A stretch of 63,985 nt of DNA, the filler included, from Octopus bimaculoides (Eukaryota): NCBI RefSeq assembly GCF_001194135.2. It is 4 parts of 4 records of this genome, joined end to end, with 100 filler letters (N's around TTAATTAATTAA, not from the genome) between each part and the next. Parts side by side here need not be neighbours in the genome. Positions count along the whole stretch, not along the records: positions 17,046 to 34,571 come from NC_068981.1; positions 34,672 to 58,724 come from NC_068983.1; 2 more parts are not named here. One strand, given 5' to 3'. A model generated the notes under the pieces. That model did no database searches and had not been told where the DNA came from. It worked only from the letters and a program-made list of their open reading frames with translations. Each line of letters opens with the position of its first letter. Within the stretch, counting starts at the first letter, position 1. The position numbers and the translations under genes were made by a program. Positions 25,319-37,154 of the stretch are shown in pieces.

Positions 25319-25781
25319 CTGAGGTGGTAACAAAAAACCTAAGCGAGCTACTTACCACATAGCCACTATTAATTATATATTTCCGGTCATCAATAATTTC
25401 AGTTATTCATCGGTGCATTTTTTCTACATTATTCTTTGTTAGATTTGAATTCATTTTCCTTTCGTTTAGAATATTTATATTCACAGAAAAAAGGTTGGGG
25501 CGGATATAGTTTTGACTGTTACATACTGTTGTTGTTGCTGTTTAGGACTATATGTCAGTCGTGATAGAATGCATATATTAAAGACGTTCCAACCATGACC
25601 ATATTGTCTTTTTGTATAACAGTTTAACTGTTTAACTGAATTATATATATAAAAATATATCTCTATATCAGCTCACCTGGTTTCCTCTTATAGCCAGTCT
25701 TTACCGCGCAGACTTAGCCCTCGATTAAGATTTCGGAGTGTAACATCAAATCATCTGAGCTTTACTAAGTGTTTTCTATAT

Positions 25782-25829
25782 TGTTTAACTGAATACCTGT
25801 TTAACTGAATACCTGTTTAACTGAATACC
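25782..25829 (+). repeat. 16-bp tandem repeat (TGTTTAACTGAATACC) x3
   Basis: Three perfect copies. Confidence 0.9.
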
Positions 25830-25949
25830 TTTTTAAGTGATTTAAGGAAATTTACTTGCATAGCACACTTGCTGACTCCTATTGATGCTGCTGTTGTTGT
25901 TGATGTTGTTATTGTTTAAAACTCAGGTAGCCTTTATCGAGCAAACCAA

Positions 25950-26255
25950 GTAACATTGGTTCCATGTTCAATCCTACAGCACGGCACCTTGGGCAAATGT
26001 CTACTACCGTAGCTTAATGCTTCATAATTAAATACCATGTGAGTGGAATTTGGTAGGTGGACACTGTGCAAAAGTCACTTGTGTATGTAGGGTAAGGAGG
26101 TAGAGGAAAAGCTCATTGTAACCACGTGGTTTCGGATTCAGTTCCACTGAGTGGTAATTCGGGCAAGTATTTTCTACGATAGTCCGGGCCGACCGATGCC
26201 TTGTGAGTGAATTTGGTACACAGAAATTATGTGGAAACCCGTCGAGTGTGTATAA
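25950..26255 (+). mobile_element. Two tandem degenerate SINE A heads
   Basis: ggcaccttgggcaaatgtct...gtgagtggaatttggtagg and aaccacgtggtttcggattcagttccactg...gccttgtgagtgaatttggtac. Confidence 0.75.
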
Positions 26256-26348
26256 ATATATATTTATGGGCTTGATTTATAATTCGCCATGATAGGTCGC
26301 TAGCCACTAAACCTTTTCTATTTTCTCTCCCTGTTTATTTCTGTGTTC

Positions 26349-26384
26349 CTTTCTGTTGAAGAGCGTAGGCTCGAAACGTAAAAG
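26349..26384 (+). ncRNA. Minimal type I hammerhead-ribozyme-like motif (variant core) inside a short dispersed repeat (about 26290-26435)
   Basis: CTTT-CTGTTGAA-GAGC(GTAG)GCTC-GAAAC-GTA-AAAG: stem I 4 bp, stem II 4 bp, palindromic AC/GT stem III, GUA triplet. Position A6 is U. Confidence 0.55.
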
Positions 26385-27542
26385 ACTTTCTCACTTCCCG
26401 AGCGTTAAATTAATACATCTGTTTGCTGTTTACACNNNNNNNNNNNNNNNNNNNNNNNNNNNNNNNNNNNNNNNNNNNNNNNNNNNNNNNNNNNNNNNNN
26501 NNNNNNNNNNNNNNNNNNNNNNNNNNNNNNNNNNNNNNNNNNNNNNNNNNNNNNNNNNNNNNNNNNNNNNNNNNNNNNNNNNNNNNNNNNNNNNNNNNNN
26601 NNNNNNNNNNNNNNNNNNNNNNNNNNNNNNNNNNNNNNNNNNNNNNNNNNNNNNNNNNNNNNNNNNNNNNNNNNNNNNNNNNNNNNNNNNNNNNNNNNNN
26701 NNNNNNNNNNNNNNNNNNNNNNNNNNNNNNNNNNNNNNNNNNNNNNNNNNNNNNNNNNNNNNNNNNNNNNNNNNNNNNNNNNNNNNNNNNNNNNNNNNNN
26801 NNNNNNNNNNNNNNNNNNNNNNNNNNNNNNNNNNNNNNNNNNNNNNNNNNNNNNNNNNNNNNNNNNNNNNNNNNNNNNNNNNNNNNNNNNNNNNNNNNNN
26901 NNNNNNNNNNNNNNNNNNNNNNNNNNNNNNNNNNNNNNNNNNNNNNNNNNNNNNNNNNNNNNNNNNNNNNNNNNNNNNNNNNNNNNNNNNNNNNNNNNNN
27001 NNNNNNNNNNNNNNNNNNNNNNNNNNNNNNNNNNNNNNNNNNNNNNNNNNNNNNNNNNNNNNNNNNNNNNNNNNNNNNNNNNNNNNNNNNNNNNNNNNNN
27101 NNNNNNNNNNNNNNNNNNNNNNNNNNNNNNNNNNNNNNNNNNNNNNNNNNNNNNNNNNNNNNNNNNNNNNNNNNNNNNNNNNNNNNNNNNNNNNNNNNNN
27201 NNNNNNNNNNNNNNNNNNNNNNNNNNNNNNNNNNNNNNNNNNNNNNNNNNNNNNNNNNNNNNNNNNNNNNNNNNNNNNNNNNNNNNNNNNNNNNNNNNNN
27301 NNNNNNNNNNNNNNNNNNNNNNNNNNNNNNNNNNNNNNNNNNNNNNNNNNNNNNNNNNNNNNNNNNNNNNNNNNNNNNNNNNNNNNNNNNNNNNNNNNNN
27401 NNNNNNTGTGTGTGTGTGTGTGTCTGCCGATCAGGTGTTTTTATGTCTGCCCCCTCCTCCCGCCACCGCTTGACAGTTGGTGTTGATTTGTTTACATTCC
27501 AGTAATTTAAGGATTCCGATCAACGTTAAAAATAAGAATATA

Positions 27543-27762
27543 TATGAGGGGTGCTGAAAAATTTTCGCCTGGCTTTGGATCAAAGAAAATACAGGGGAAT
27601 CAGTTATGATTTTATTGAACATATTCCCCTCTCAGATTCACACACTTATTGCAATGGTCCTTCAGTTTTTCTAGGCCTTGTAAAAGAACATGGAAGGTTG
27701 GGCCTCCAGCCAGGCCTTTCGCGAGACAATTAAAATCAGGAGCTTTTCAGCACCATCCCATA
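27543..27762 (-). mobile_element. mariner-derived MITE with TA ends, retaining the transposase C-terminus
   Basis: TIRs tatgaggggtgctgaaaa..cctggcttt and aaaatcaggagcttttcagcaccatcccata. Minus strand reads AWLEAQPS.FF/QGLEKLKDHCNKCVNLRGEYVQ* (mariner WF..Q...FY..GI.KL..RW.KC....G.YVE). Confidence 0.85.
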
Positions 27763-27866
27763 ATGGGATCGATTTGTTAGACTGTAAATCTTACAAGGTG
27801 ATGCCCCAGCATGACCGCAGTCTAATTATTGAAAGAAGTAGAAAGATGAAATACATATTCAGAAAC

Positions 27867-27921
<55 letters not shown>

Positions 27922-28088
27922 TCAGAAGTCAAACGTCTTAAATCGGTCAAGTATTTAATTTTAAAAGTTTTGAAATATGAAATAAATGTGAACAAGNNNN
28001 NNNNNNATTTTAAAAGTTTTGAAATATGAAATAAATGTGAACAAGAAGTTTCTTTTAAGTTTGCTCTCACAATCCTCACCACAGCTCT

Positions 28089-28122
<34 letters not shown>

Positions 28123-30333
28123 GGAAATTAAAAACTTTCGATTTTGAAACTGCTCTGGAAAGGTAACGTTTCGCCCTCTACGTCCTCTACTATCCTCATT
28201 AAACACTACATTTATTTACTTGTCACCAACAATTGATGTATCTCCCTTCCTCTTTCAGTTTTGCTAATATCCTCAACTTCGCAGAATGACAGCTTCTATT
28301 CAGACTATATAATATGTGTAAGTTCGTATGTGTGAGAGCGAACGAATAAGCATGCGAAATGTTATAAATAGCAATTCAAAAAAAAAAACTTGATCGGCGG
28401 ATTTTCCTGACACGTCATTATGTACGTCAGCACCGGATGGCAAGTAAAACAGTCAGTCACAAGAGAAGTTATAGCATTTGAGTGTACAGGAGAGATCGGC
28501 TGCACATATTATCTACTTCCTTCCCATTCAACAGTTGATTCATCTACCCTGAATACTACGATAAACAAAATCACTTTATGTTGCCGGCTTACGAGTAGTA
28601 ATCTTTTTTTTATTTTATAACCGAGATAATATATCATACCAAATGGATACCTTCATGAGTTTATTCCAAGTTAAATTTCAAACAAACGATGTACTTGTCG
28701 TATCCGCGACTATAAATTTATGCGCGGTTTTACTTTTTTTTCTATTAAAATGTTTAACCCTTTGTCGGAATACAAACGAAGTGACATGTTATAATGAAAC
28801 TCCGACGGTACGAATGCTCCAATTGGCCATACTGTAAGTAGTTTAAAACTTCTCAACTATTCTGATACTTTCGTTTTATTGAGTTCTTCTATAAGAAATT
28901 ACTATAACCATTACACTGATTCCAGACCCGGTTAAATGTGTACAAGACATGCACTGACTTATACTCGATCATTCATACTCTAACCCTAATTTTTTAAAAC
29001 CTATTTTGTTAATAGGAGGGGGGAAAATTCCAAATGGAAAATAAGTTGTTTGATTCTTTTGCACTTGCAAGAATACACAGAATTAAAAAACACAGAAAAA
29101 AGAAGTTACGAGGAAATAATACATATTTTTGAGTGTACAGCGGAATCAACCAACTTATTTTCCACAATTTCTGTTTCGGAGCTAAAACACCGAAATATCC
29201 AAGAAGTTTCTGATGGGTACATAATCTAGTGTATTAACAGAAGTGTTCCCCCGCCCTCACCACCACACACACTACTTTGATTCCCTGTGACTTTATTAGA
29301 AATGCATACTTTCCAATGAAAATTTCCATATATACATTTTAGATTATACCAAGAAAAGTTGTAATTGGCGGGGAGTGGTGTGACCGGATAATCCCCCTAA
29401 TTTAAACTCCCGCTCCTCCACTTTCACAGAATCGTAATCTACCCCAACTATAACGAATCGATGGAAAATTTAATTAAAAATATGCATTTTTAAGAAAGTT
29501 ACGAGGAAACTTGTGGAGGGAGCACACTTCTGTAGTTATGCCCATAAACCGGAACCATTTTAATTCATTGAAAATGAAAGATCTAGAAGCGGAGACAGTT
29601 TTGTTCTTTTTTTTTTTTTGTTTTTTTAATATTGTTATCCCTTTAATCATAAGTGAGGTGAGTTCTGGTATTGTGTCTCCCCTGAAAACTGGCAGCAACA
29701 CAGACTGTCAGGGTATATAGCTATTGATTGTATCGTTATGTAATGCGAATTTACTACCATTATCGCTAGACTGACTTCATCTTTCACCTTTCTGCGCCAG
29801 ATGATATATGTAATTTCTTTAAATTTGATCTTTCCTGCTCGTCCCTTATAAATTCGTGGTTATGTTGCCTATGGGAAAAATCAATGATGGACTTTCAGAG
29901 TAGCTGACCCCATATACGTTTCTTTCGGGATTCTTAGAAATGTTATAGAGATCCTTTTTTGTTTTTTGGTTTTTTTTAATGATTAAGCGTTTTTTAATGA
30001 TTAAGCGTTTTGCCACAACCCCACTCCCATCATCAAACAATTTTCATCATCATCATCATGAAAAAAATAAGTACGTAGGTGTCGATTCGTTCGACTAAAA
30101 TTCTTCAAGGCAGTGCCCCAGTATGGCCACAGTAATCACTGAAAGCAAAGATAAAAGATCCCTATCAACGGAGCCGTCTTCATCGTCGTTGACCAAACCT
30201 ATTCAAACAGATCGATATTCACGCTGCGACAGTTTAATCTTTTTCCTTTATTTTGTATTCCTGTATATTTTTTAATCCTATTTTGCCGAAATACCGTTCC
30301 CCAGAATGTAGATTATGTAATGTTGATCTTCAA

Positions 30334-30735
30334 CTGAACCTCCCCCCCCCCCTTATTTATTAATTTTTTTTTTACGGAATCCCACGTTTTAGGCTATGGA
30401 GATTCCGATTCTGAAAAAAAATTGTTTGAAAAATTTCAATCCCCACCCACCCACCAAGCAGGCTATTTACATACTAGAAATAACAGCCAAATCTCACAAA
30501 ACTAGTGTTAGGGTTAGGGTTAGGGTCAGGGTTACGGTTAGGGTCAGGGTTAGGGTTAGGGTTTGAGTTAGGGTTAGGTTTACCGTGTGGATCTATATAA
30601 AAACCGGGAGGGGGGGAATCGAAATTTTGAAATTGAGATTTTTGAAAATTTTTTTTCAGGATCGGAATCTCCATAGCCTAAAACGTGGGATTCCGTAAAA
30701 AAAAAAAAAATAATAATAAGTGGGGAAAGGTTCAG
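30334..30735. mobile_element. Non-autonomous DNA element (MITE) with about 110-bp inverted arms around a (TTAGGG)-like tract
   Basis: ctgaacct...ttttttacggaatcccacgttttaggctatggagattccgattctgaaaaaaa is mirrored by ttttttcaggatcggaatctccatagcctaaaacgtgggattccgtaaaaaa...aggttcag. Confidence 0.85.
30508..30578 (+). repeat. Degenerate (TTAGGG)n interstitial telomere-type repeat, about 12 units
   Basis: ttagggttagggttagggtcagggttacggttagggtcagggttagggttagggtttgagttagggttagg. Confidence 0.9.
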
Positions 30736-31337
30736 ATTACATATAGTCCATCTGGACCTTCAAACCTATAGATAACGAAAAGTTTAAAATGCTAAAATTA
30801 CGGCAGTTAGTGTCAATAAAACCGGAGCGAATTGGATACAAAGATCCGAAACTCCTCCGAAAGAAAATACGTATTTTTTATTTCTCTTAAGTTTATCAAC
30901 ATATTTGTATTCTAAACTCAGCAAAGTTTCATTAAAAAATACGGATGTTCTAGAATGTTATGAAGAAACAAACGCAAATCTATTGTTAGGTGTGGTTTCC
31001 GTGCGTGTCCCGTTAATCGTTATGCTGACACAAATATCGTGTGGCGAAATGACTTCTGCGTTTAATTGACATCAGCGACTAACGATATAATTGCAACATT
31101 ACGTATATACGTAACGTAACTGAAATTAAATAGGACAGCAATAGTTCCTGGAAATTTAATATTTATCAGTAACTTGCCTGTTAATACTTAGATACGTTCT
31201 TTCTTTCTCTCCCATACATATACACACGTGTGTGTGTGTGTGTGTGTGTGTGTGATTGCACAAACAAAAAGTGATAAAAATTTAAGTGTAAATAACAGAA
31301 GTTTTGCTTTCCTCGAAACGTTTCTCTTTCTTTCTCT

Positions 31338-31411
<74 letters not shown>

Positions 31412-31999
31412 TTTCGTGCATATGTGTGTGCCTGTGTCTATTATTACTTTTAGTCATTGNNNNNNNNNNNNNNNNNNNNNNNNNNNNNNNNNNNNNNNNN
31501 NNNNNNNNNNNNNNNNNNNNNNNNNNNNNNNNNNNNNNNNNNNNNNNNNNNNNNNNNNNNNNNNNNNNNNNNNNNNNNNNNNNNNNNNNNNNNNNNNNNN
31601 NNNNNNNNNNNNNNNNNNNNNNNNNNNNNNNNNNNNNNNNNNNNNNNNNNNNNNNNNNNNNNNNNNNNNNNNNNNNNNNNNNNNNNNNNNNNNNNNNNNN
31701 NNNNNNNNNNNNNNNNNNNNNNNNNNNNNNNNNNNNNNNNNNNNNNNNNNNNNNNNNNNNNNNNNNNNNNNNNNNNNNNNNNNNNNNNNNNNNNNNNNNN
31801 NNNNNNNNNNNNNNNNNNNNNNNNNNNNNNNNNNNNNNNNNNNNNNNNNNNNNNNNNNNNNNNNNNNNNNNNNNNNNNNNNNNNNNNNNNNNNNNNNNNN
31901 NNNNNNNNNNNNNNNNNNNNNNNNNNNNNNNNNNNNNNNNNNNNNNNNNNNNNNNNNNNNNNNNNGTTTGTTTTGGTTTTGTCGAGTTATATCGAAGGA

Positions 32000-32315
32000 A
32001 CGCTGTATCTTCTTCTATAGCCTCGGGCAGACCAAAGCCTTGTGAGTGGATTTGGTAGACGGAAACTGAAAGAAGCCCGTCGTGCATATATATGTGTGTG
32101 TGTGTATTTCTATGTTTGTGTTTGTTCCCCCGCCATCACTTGACAGCCGATGTTGGTGCGTTTACGTCTCCGTAACTTAGCGGTTCGGCACAGACACCTA
32201 TAGAAAAAGTACTAGACTTACAAAGAATAAGTCCTGGGGTCGATTTGTTCAACTAAAAGGTGGTGCTCTAGTAAGGCCGCAATCAAATTACTGAAACAAG
32301 TAAAAGAATAAAAGA
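32000..32315 (+). mobile_element. SINE family A (5' end in gap), followed by an inverted SINE A head at 32335-32480
   Basis: Central domain and tail as in 51679-52147; then gcacttgcccagggtaccgcgctgtgaaactgaacctgaaact. Confidence 0.85.
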
Positions 32316-33414
32316 ATATATAGATTCGGCAGTCTTCCACACAGTTTCTGTCTATCAAATTCATTCAAAATGCACAGGTCCGTCCTGGGCTATATAGAAA
32401 GCACTTGCCCAGGGTACCGCGCTGTGAAACTGAACCTGAAACTACTTGGTTAGAAAACGAGTTCCTGAATCACACGTGTATAAATGTACTGGTGAATTAA
32501 CGCTTTAATGAAATTGTGGGTATGAAAAAAAATCGGGGCTAATGCAGTTTCATACCTCTCCTTGAAAAATGCCTTTTTTTTTGAAAAAGTTTTTTCGGAT
32601 CCCTACGTTTTAAATGTCGGAGATGACGAATATGCAAAAAAAAAAATCGAAATTAAATACAAAAACATTAAAGTGAAAAGAATTTGCGTTTTACTTCTGT
32701 TTGCCTTAAATAATCGTAAATAATAATATAATGTAAATTAAATATACACCACATCCCTATGTGAGCCATTTTATGAGAAACAAACATTAATATTAATAAT
32801 TAATGTTATAAAGTTTAATAAGGGGATCAAATTTCACCCCCTCCCCCAATTTTAAGTTTTGAACTTTTTCATCCATTCATCTATCTGTCTATCTATTTAT
32901 CCCAGTCCGTTTATTCATAAAATATGTTTATCAACTGAATGTGGCGGTCCAATTAGAAGACGGTGTTACTGTTGGTTTTAGCCCCAGGANNNNNNNNNNN
33001 NNNNNNNNNNNNNNNNNNNNNNNNNNNNNNNNNNNNNNNNNNNNNNNNNNNNNNNNNNNNNNNNNNNNNNNNNNNNNNNNNNNNNNNNNNNNNNNNNNNN
33101 NNNNNNNNNNNNNNNNNNNNNNNNNNNNNNNNNNNNNNNNNNNNNNNNNNNNNNNNNNNNNNNNNNNNNNNNNNNNNNNNNNNNNNNNNNNNNNNNNNNN
33201 NNNNNNNNNNNNNNNNNNNNNNNNNNNNNNNNNNNNNNNNNNNNNNNNNNNNNNNNNNNNNNNNNNNNNNNNNNNNNNNNNNNNNNNNNNNNNNNNNNNN
33301 NNNNNNNNNNNNNNNNNNNNNNNNNNNNNNNNNNNNNNNNNNNNNNNNNNNNNNNNNNNNNNNNNNNNNNNNNNNNNNNNNNNNNNNNNNNNNNNNNNNN
33401 NNNNNNNNNNNNNA

Positions 33415-33720
33415 TAAATTAAATACCAGTTACGCACTGGGGTCGAGGTAATCGACTTAATCCCTTTGTCTGTCCTTGTTTGTCCCCTCTATGTTTAACC
33501 CCTTGTGGGCAATAAAGAAATAAGAAACGTTAGCACGTCGGGCGAAATGCTTAGCGGTATTTCGTCTGTCTTTACGTTCTGAGTTCAAATTCTGCCGAGG
33601 TCGACTCTGCTTTCATCCTTTCGGGATCGATAAATTAAGTACCAGTTGCGTACTGGGATCGATCTAATCGAATGGCCACCCTCCCCACAAATTTCGGGCC
33701 TTGTGCCTAGAGTAGAAAAG
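33415..33720 (+). mobile_element. Two tandem SINE C copies (a 3' part, then a near-complete copy)
   Basis: taccagttacgcactggggtcgaggtaatcgacttaa...aataaagaaataag followed by aaacgttagcacgtcgggcgaaatgcttagcggtatttcg...gggccttgtgcctagagtagaaaag. Confidence 0.9.
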
Positions 33721-33889
33721 AACTGACAATTAATAGAAAGTACGTGTTTCGAAAAAATATTTGTATGACAGAAAACATTCCAATCATGACCATCCAGTCT
33801 ATTGCCAAAAAAAAAGGCTGTAATTTTTCAAATTTCAATTCAAATACAGACAAAACTAATGAAAGTTTAAAATAACATACCGAAGTTTT

Positions 33890-34200
33890 CTTCCCATCCA
33901 CATAGTTCCGGGTTCAGTCTCATTGCGTGCCATCTTGGGGCAAGTCTCTTCGGCTATAAGTCTCGAACCGACCAAAGCCTTATGGGCAGATTTGGTAGAT
34001 GGAAGCGTGTGTGTCTTTGTGTCCGCGTTTGCTCCCTATTGTCGCTTGACAACCAGTGTTGGGGTGCTTACGTCCCAGTAACTTAGCAGTTTGGTGAAAG
34101 AGACTGATAGAATAAGTACTGAGATATATTCGTCTAACTAAAATCCTTCAAAGTGGTGTCCTAGCATGGCCGCAGTCTAATCACTGAAACAAGTAAAAGA
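33890..34200 (+). mobile_element. SINE family A
   Basis: Head, central domain and tail, degenerate. Confidence 0.85.
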
Positions 34201-34344
34201 AGACTTGGCCTGTTTGGCCACATGCAGTCCATTAACCCCACTTTAACCCCAGTACCTTATTCTGGTCCTTATCAAGTGGTGAGTCTAATGAGTCTCCTAT
34301 TGACGTAACTACTTAAGTGTACCCCCTCACCTACCCAAATGTTT

Positions 34345-34545
34345 GTTTTATTCTCTTATTTGTTTGTCATTTTATTGCAGCCATGCTGGAGCACCGCATT
34401 TAGTCGAGCAAATCGACCTCAGGACTTATTCGTTGTAAACCTAATACTTACTCTATCGGTCTCTTTCGCCGAACCTCTATGTTACGGGGACGTAAACACA
34501 CCATCAGTTGTCAAACGATGATGGAGGGATAAGCACAGACACACA
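34345..34545 (-). mobile_element. SINE family A, 3' half, inverted relative to 33890-34200
   Basis: gcagccatgctggagcaccgc..tttagtcgagcaaatcgacc...ttacggggacgtaaacacacca. Confidence 0.85.
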
Positions 34546-34719
34546 AATATATATATATATATATATATATANNNNNNNNNNNNNNNNNNNNNNNNNNNNN
34601 NNNNNNNNNNNNNNNTTAATTAATTAANNNNNNNNNNNNNNNNNNNNNNNNNNNNNNNNNNNNNNNNNNNNGGCAAAGTATTTTCATTAATCAAACTAAA
34701 TATTAACAGTAATAAAAGA

Positions 34720-35110
<391 letters not shown>

Positions 35111-35869
35111 AATGAAAAGTGGAAAAGCAGAGTAAGAAAAGAATATCCCATACACTGAAATTCTTCCGATGTTTCCGTTACATAACTTGGAATAAAAGAT
35201 AAAAGACAATGCAGAAAAAAAATATTTCTCATAGGAATTATCCGCAAGTTATTTCTTGCGTATATTGTATAATGCAGCTTCTTGCATGTCTGTCTTTGAC
35301 ATTTTTCATACGGAAATGCTTTCTCTCTCTGGAGGTTCCAACGTAGTTTTCTATGAATATGTGAATCGAATATATTTCTCCAGTATTGTTTCGAGTTACA
35401 CCAAGAGAAAATAGTGAGGATATGGAAGGTAGAGTGTTTGGGTACGTGTGTATGAAGGAGACTCTGTATAGAATATAGAGTATGTACGAAAGAGAGAATA
35501 TGTATAGGTGTGCGTGTGTGCGTGTGTGTGAATGAGAGGGAAACCAGAAATGAGAACTACAAAAGTGTATGAAAAATGAGTGTGTATGAGTGTGTATGGC
35601 GTATATGAGTGTGTAGAGTACGTTTTGGTGCATGGGCGCATGTTAATCTAAGGTATTTCGATGTTTTCCTTTAGGAGTATATTTATCTATGTTCTTTGAA
35701 TAAGCCTTGGCTTAATGACGTTGTGGATCTGTTTTCATATATCGGTACAAATATGGTATGATTAGGTTAATCTGTCTGGGGAGAAAGCAGCTCAGGCGCA
35801 GACGAATTCAGCATTGCATATGCACAGAGACACAGATAATACATACAAACACACACACACACACACACA

Positions 35870-35985
35870 CATTATTTTATTTGTTTCACTCATTTGACTG
35901 CGGCAATGCTGGAGCGCCGCCCTTAGTCGAACAAATCGACTCCAGGACTTATTCTTTGTAAGCCTACTACTTATTCTATCCACAC
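35870..35985 (-). mobile_element. SINE family A, 3' tail
   Basis: tgtttcactcatttgactgcggcaatgctggagcgccgcc.ttagtcgaacaaatcgactccaggacttattctttgtaagcct. Confidence 0.85.
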
Positions 35986-36719
35986 ACATTTTTCTGTTTT
36001 CTCCTCTCCACCTTGTTTTTTCCTGCGCGTCTATAGACACGTACATGGAACCTTATGTGCACGCGTGTGAGTGTGTGCGTGTGTGCGGGTACACGCGTAT
36101 ATAGATATATGTGCATGCATGCGAAAATATGCGCATTTAGACACGTTTTAACCTTATAGGTTTTCCACAGTTTTTTGCTTTTAGCCCTATATAAAAAAAT
36201 GCGTGCGTGCGTATGGGTGCGTGGTTGCTGTGTGAGTGTGAGTGTGGGTGTGTATGCGTGTATATATATGCATATATACATATATGTAGAGTTTTTGGCG
36301 AGTATGTGTGTGAGCATGTGTGTGTTTAACGCGAGGGTGGTTTAGTATATAAATATAGGCGAGCGTACGGATTGGTGCGCTTACGCGAACCTATAGATTT
36401 CTCTCCTCCCTTACTTTGACCCCCTCCCCTTACCTAGCGGTCTATTAGCTCTTTTTTCTTAATGACGGTCAACCACACAATAATTTTCAATGGCCGGATA
36501 ACTGAAGAGATGTTGGCGTGAGCTCCCACTCCGGCATCCGAAACTCGGAGTTTTATCATGACTACCGAATAAGTGTCACATATTTTTACAGATATATATA
36601 TATATATATATANNNNNNNNNNNNNNNNNNNNNNNNNNNNNNNNNNNNNNNNNNNNNNNNNNNNNNNNNNNNNNNNNNNNNNNNNNNNNNNNNNNNNNNN
36701 NNNNNNNNNNNNNNNNNTA

Positions 36720-36765
<46 letters not shown>

Positions 36766-36924
36766 AAATAAAATGAGACAAGAAAGCTAAAACTGCGTGG
36801 AGTTGTCAGGATATTTATAAAGAGCAAGTTAGTCTTACAGCTGTTTCTGGAGGATATCAAAGACGATGTGAGATGGTTAAGTAGAGGGAAATATTAGAGT
36901 TCAATATGAGGAGTTATTTTAGAA

Positions 36925-37140
36925 AAGGAAGGAAATAAGGAGTATAAAGGGAAATAGGAAAATGAAAATAGAAATAGAAATAAAAAATAAAAATATATAA
37001 AGATGTTATAGTTGCAGTTCCCTTACCCAAGGAAAGTGGTGTGTATAAGTGGTAGATATGCATCTTGTCCAAGAAGCATTTTTATTTTTAGTTCTATTTT
37101 CATTCTCCTATTTCCCTCTATATTAGTTATTTACTTCCTT
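36925..37140. repeat. Imperfect inverted repeat (arms 36925-36994 and 37078-37140)
   Basis: aaggaaggaaataaggagtataaagggaaataggaaaatgaaaatagaa...aaaataaaaat versus the reverse complement aaggaagtaaataactaatatagagggaaataggagaatgaaaatagaactaaaaataaaaat. Confidence 0.75.
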
Positions 37141-37154
37141 ATGTAGGTTATATT

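Noticed and set aside
28150-28200. Minus-strand GAGGACGTAGAGGGCGAAACGTT resembling the hammerhead repeat
   Set aside because: No stem II pairing and no CUG core.
36340-36380. TATA-like TATATAAATA plus GATTGG as a core promoter
   Set aside because: TATA-like strings are ubiquitous in this (TA)-rich DNA, and CCAAT lies on the wrong side for a + promoter.
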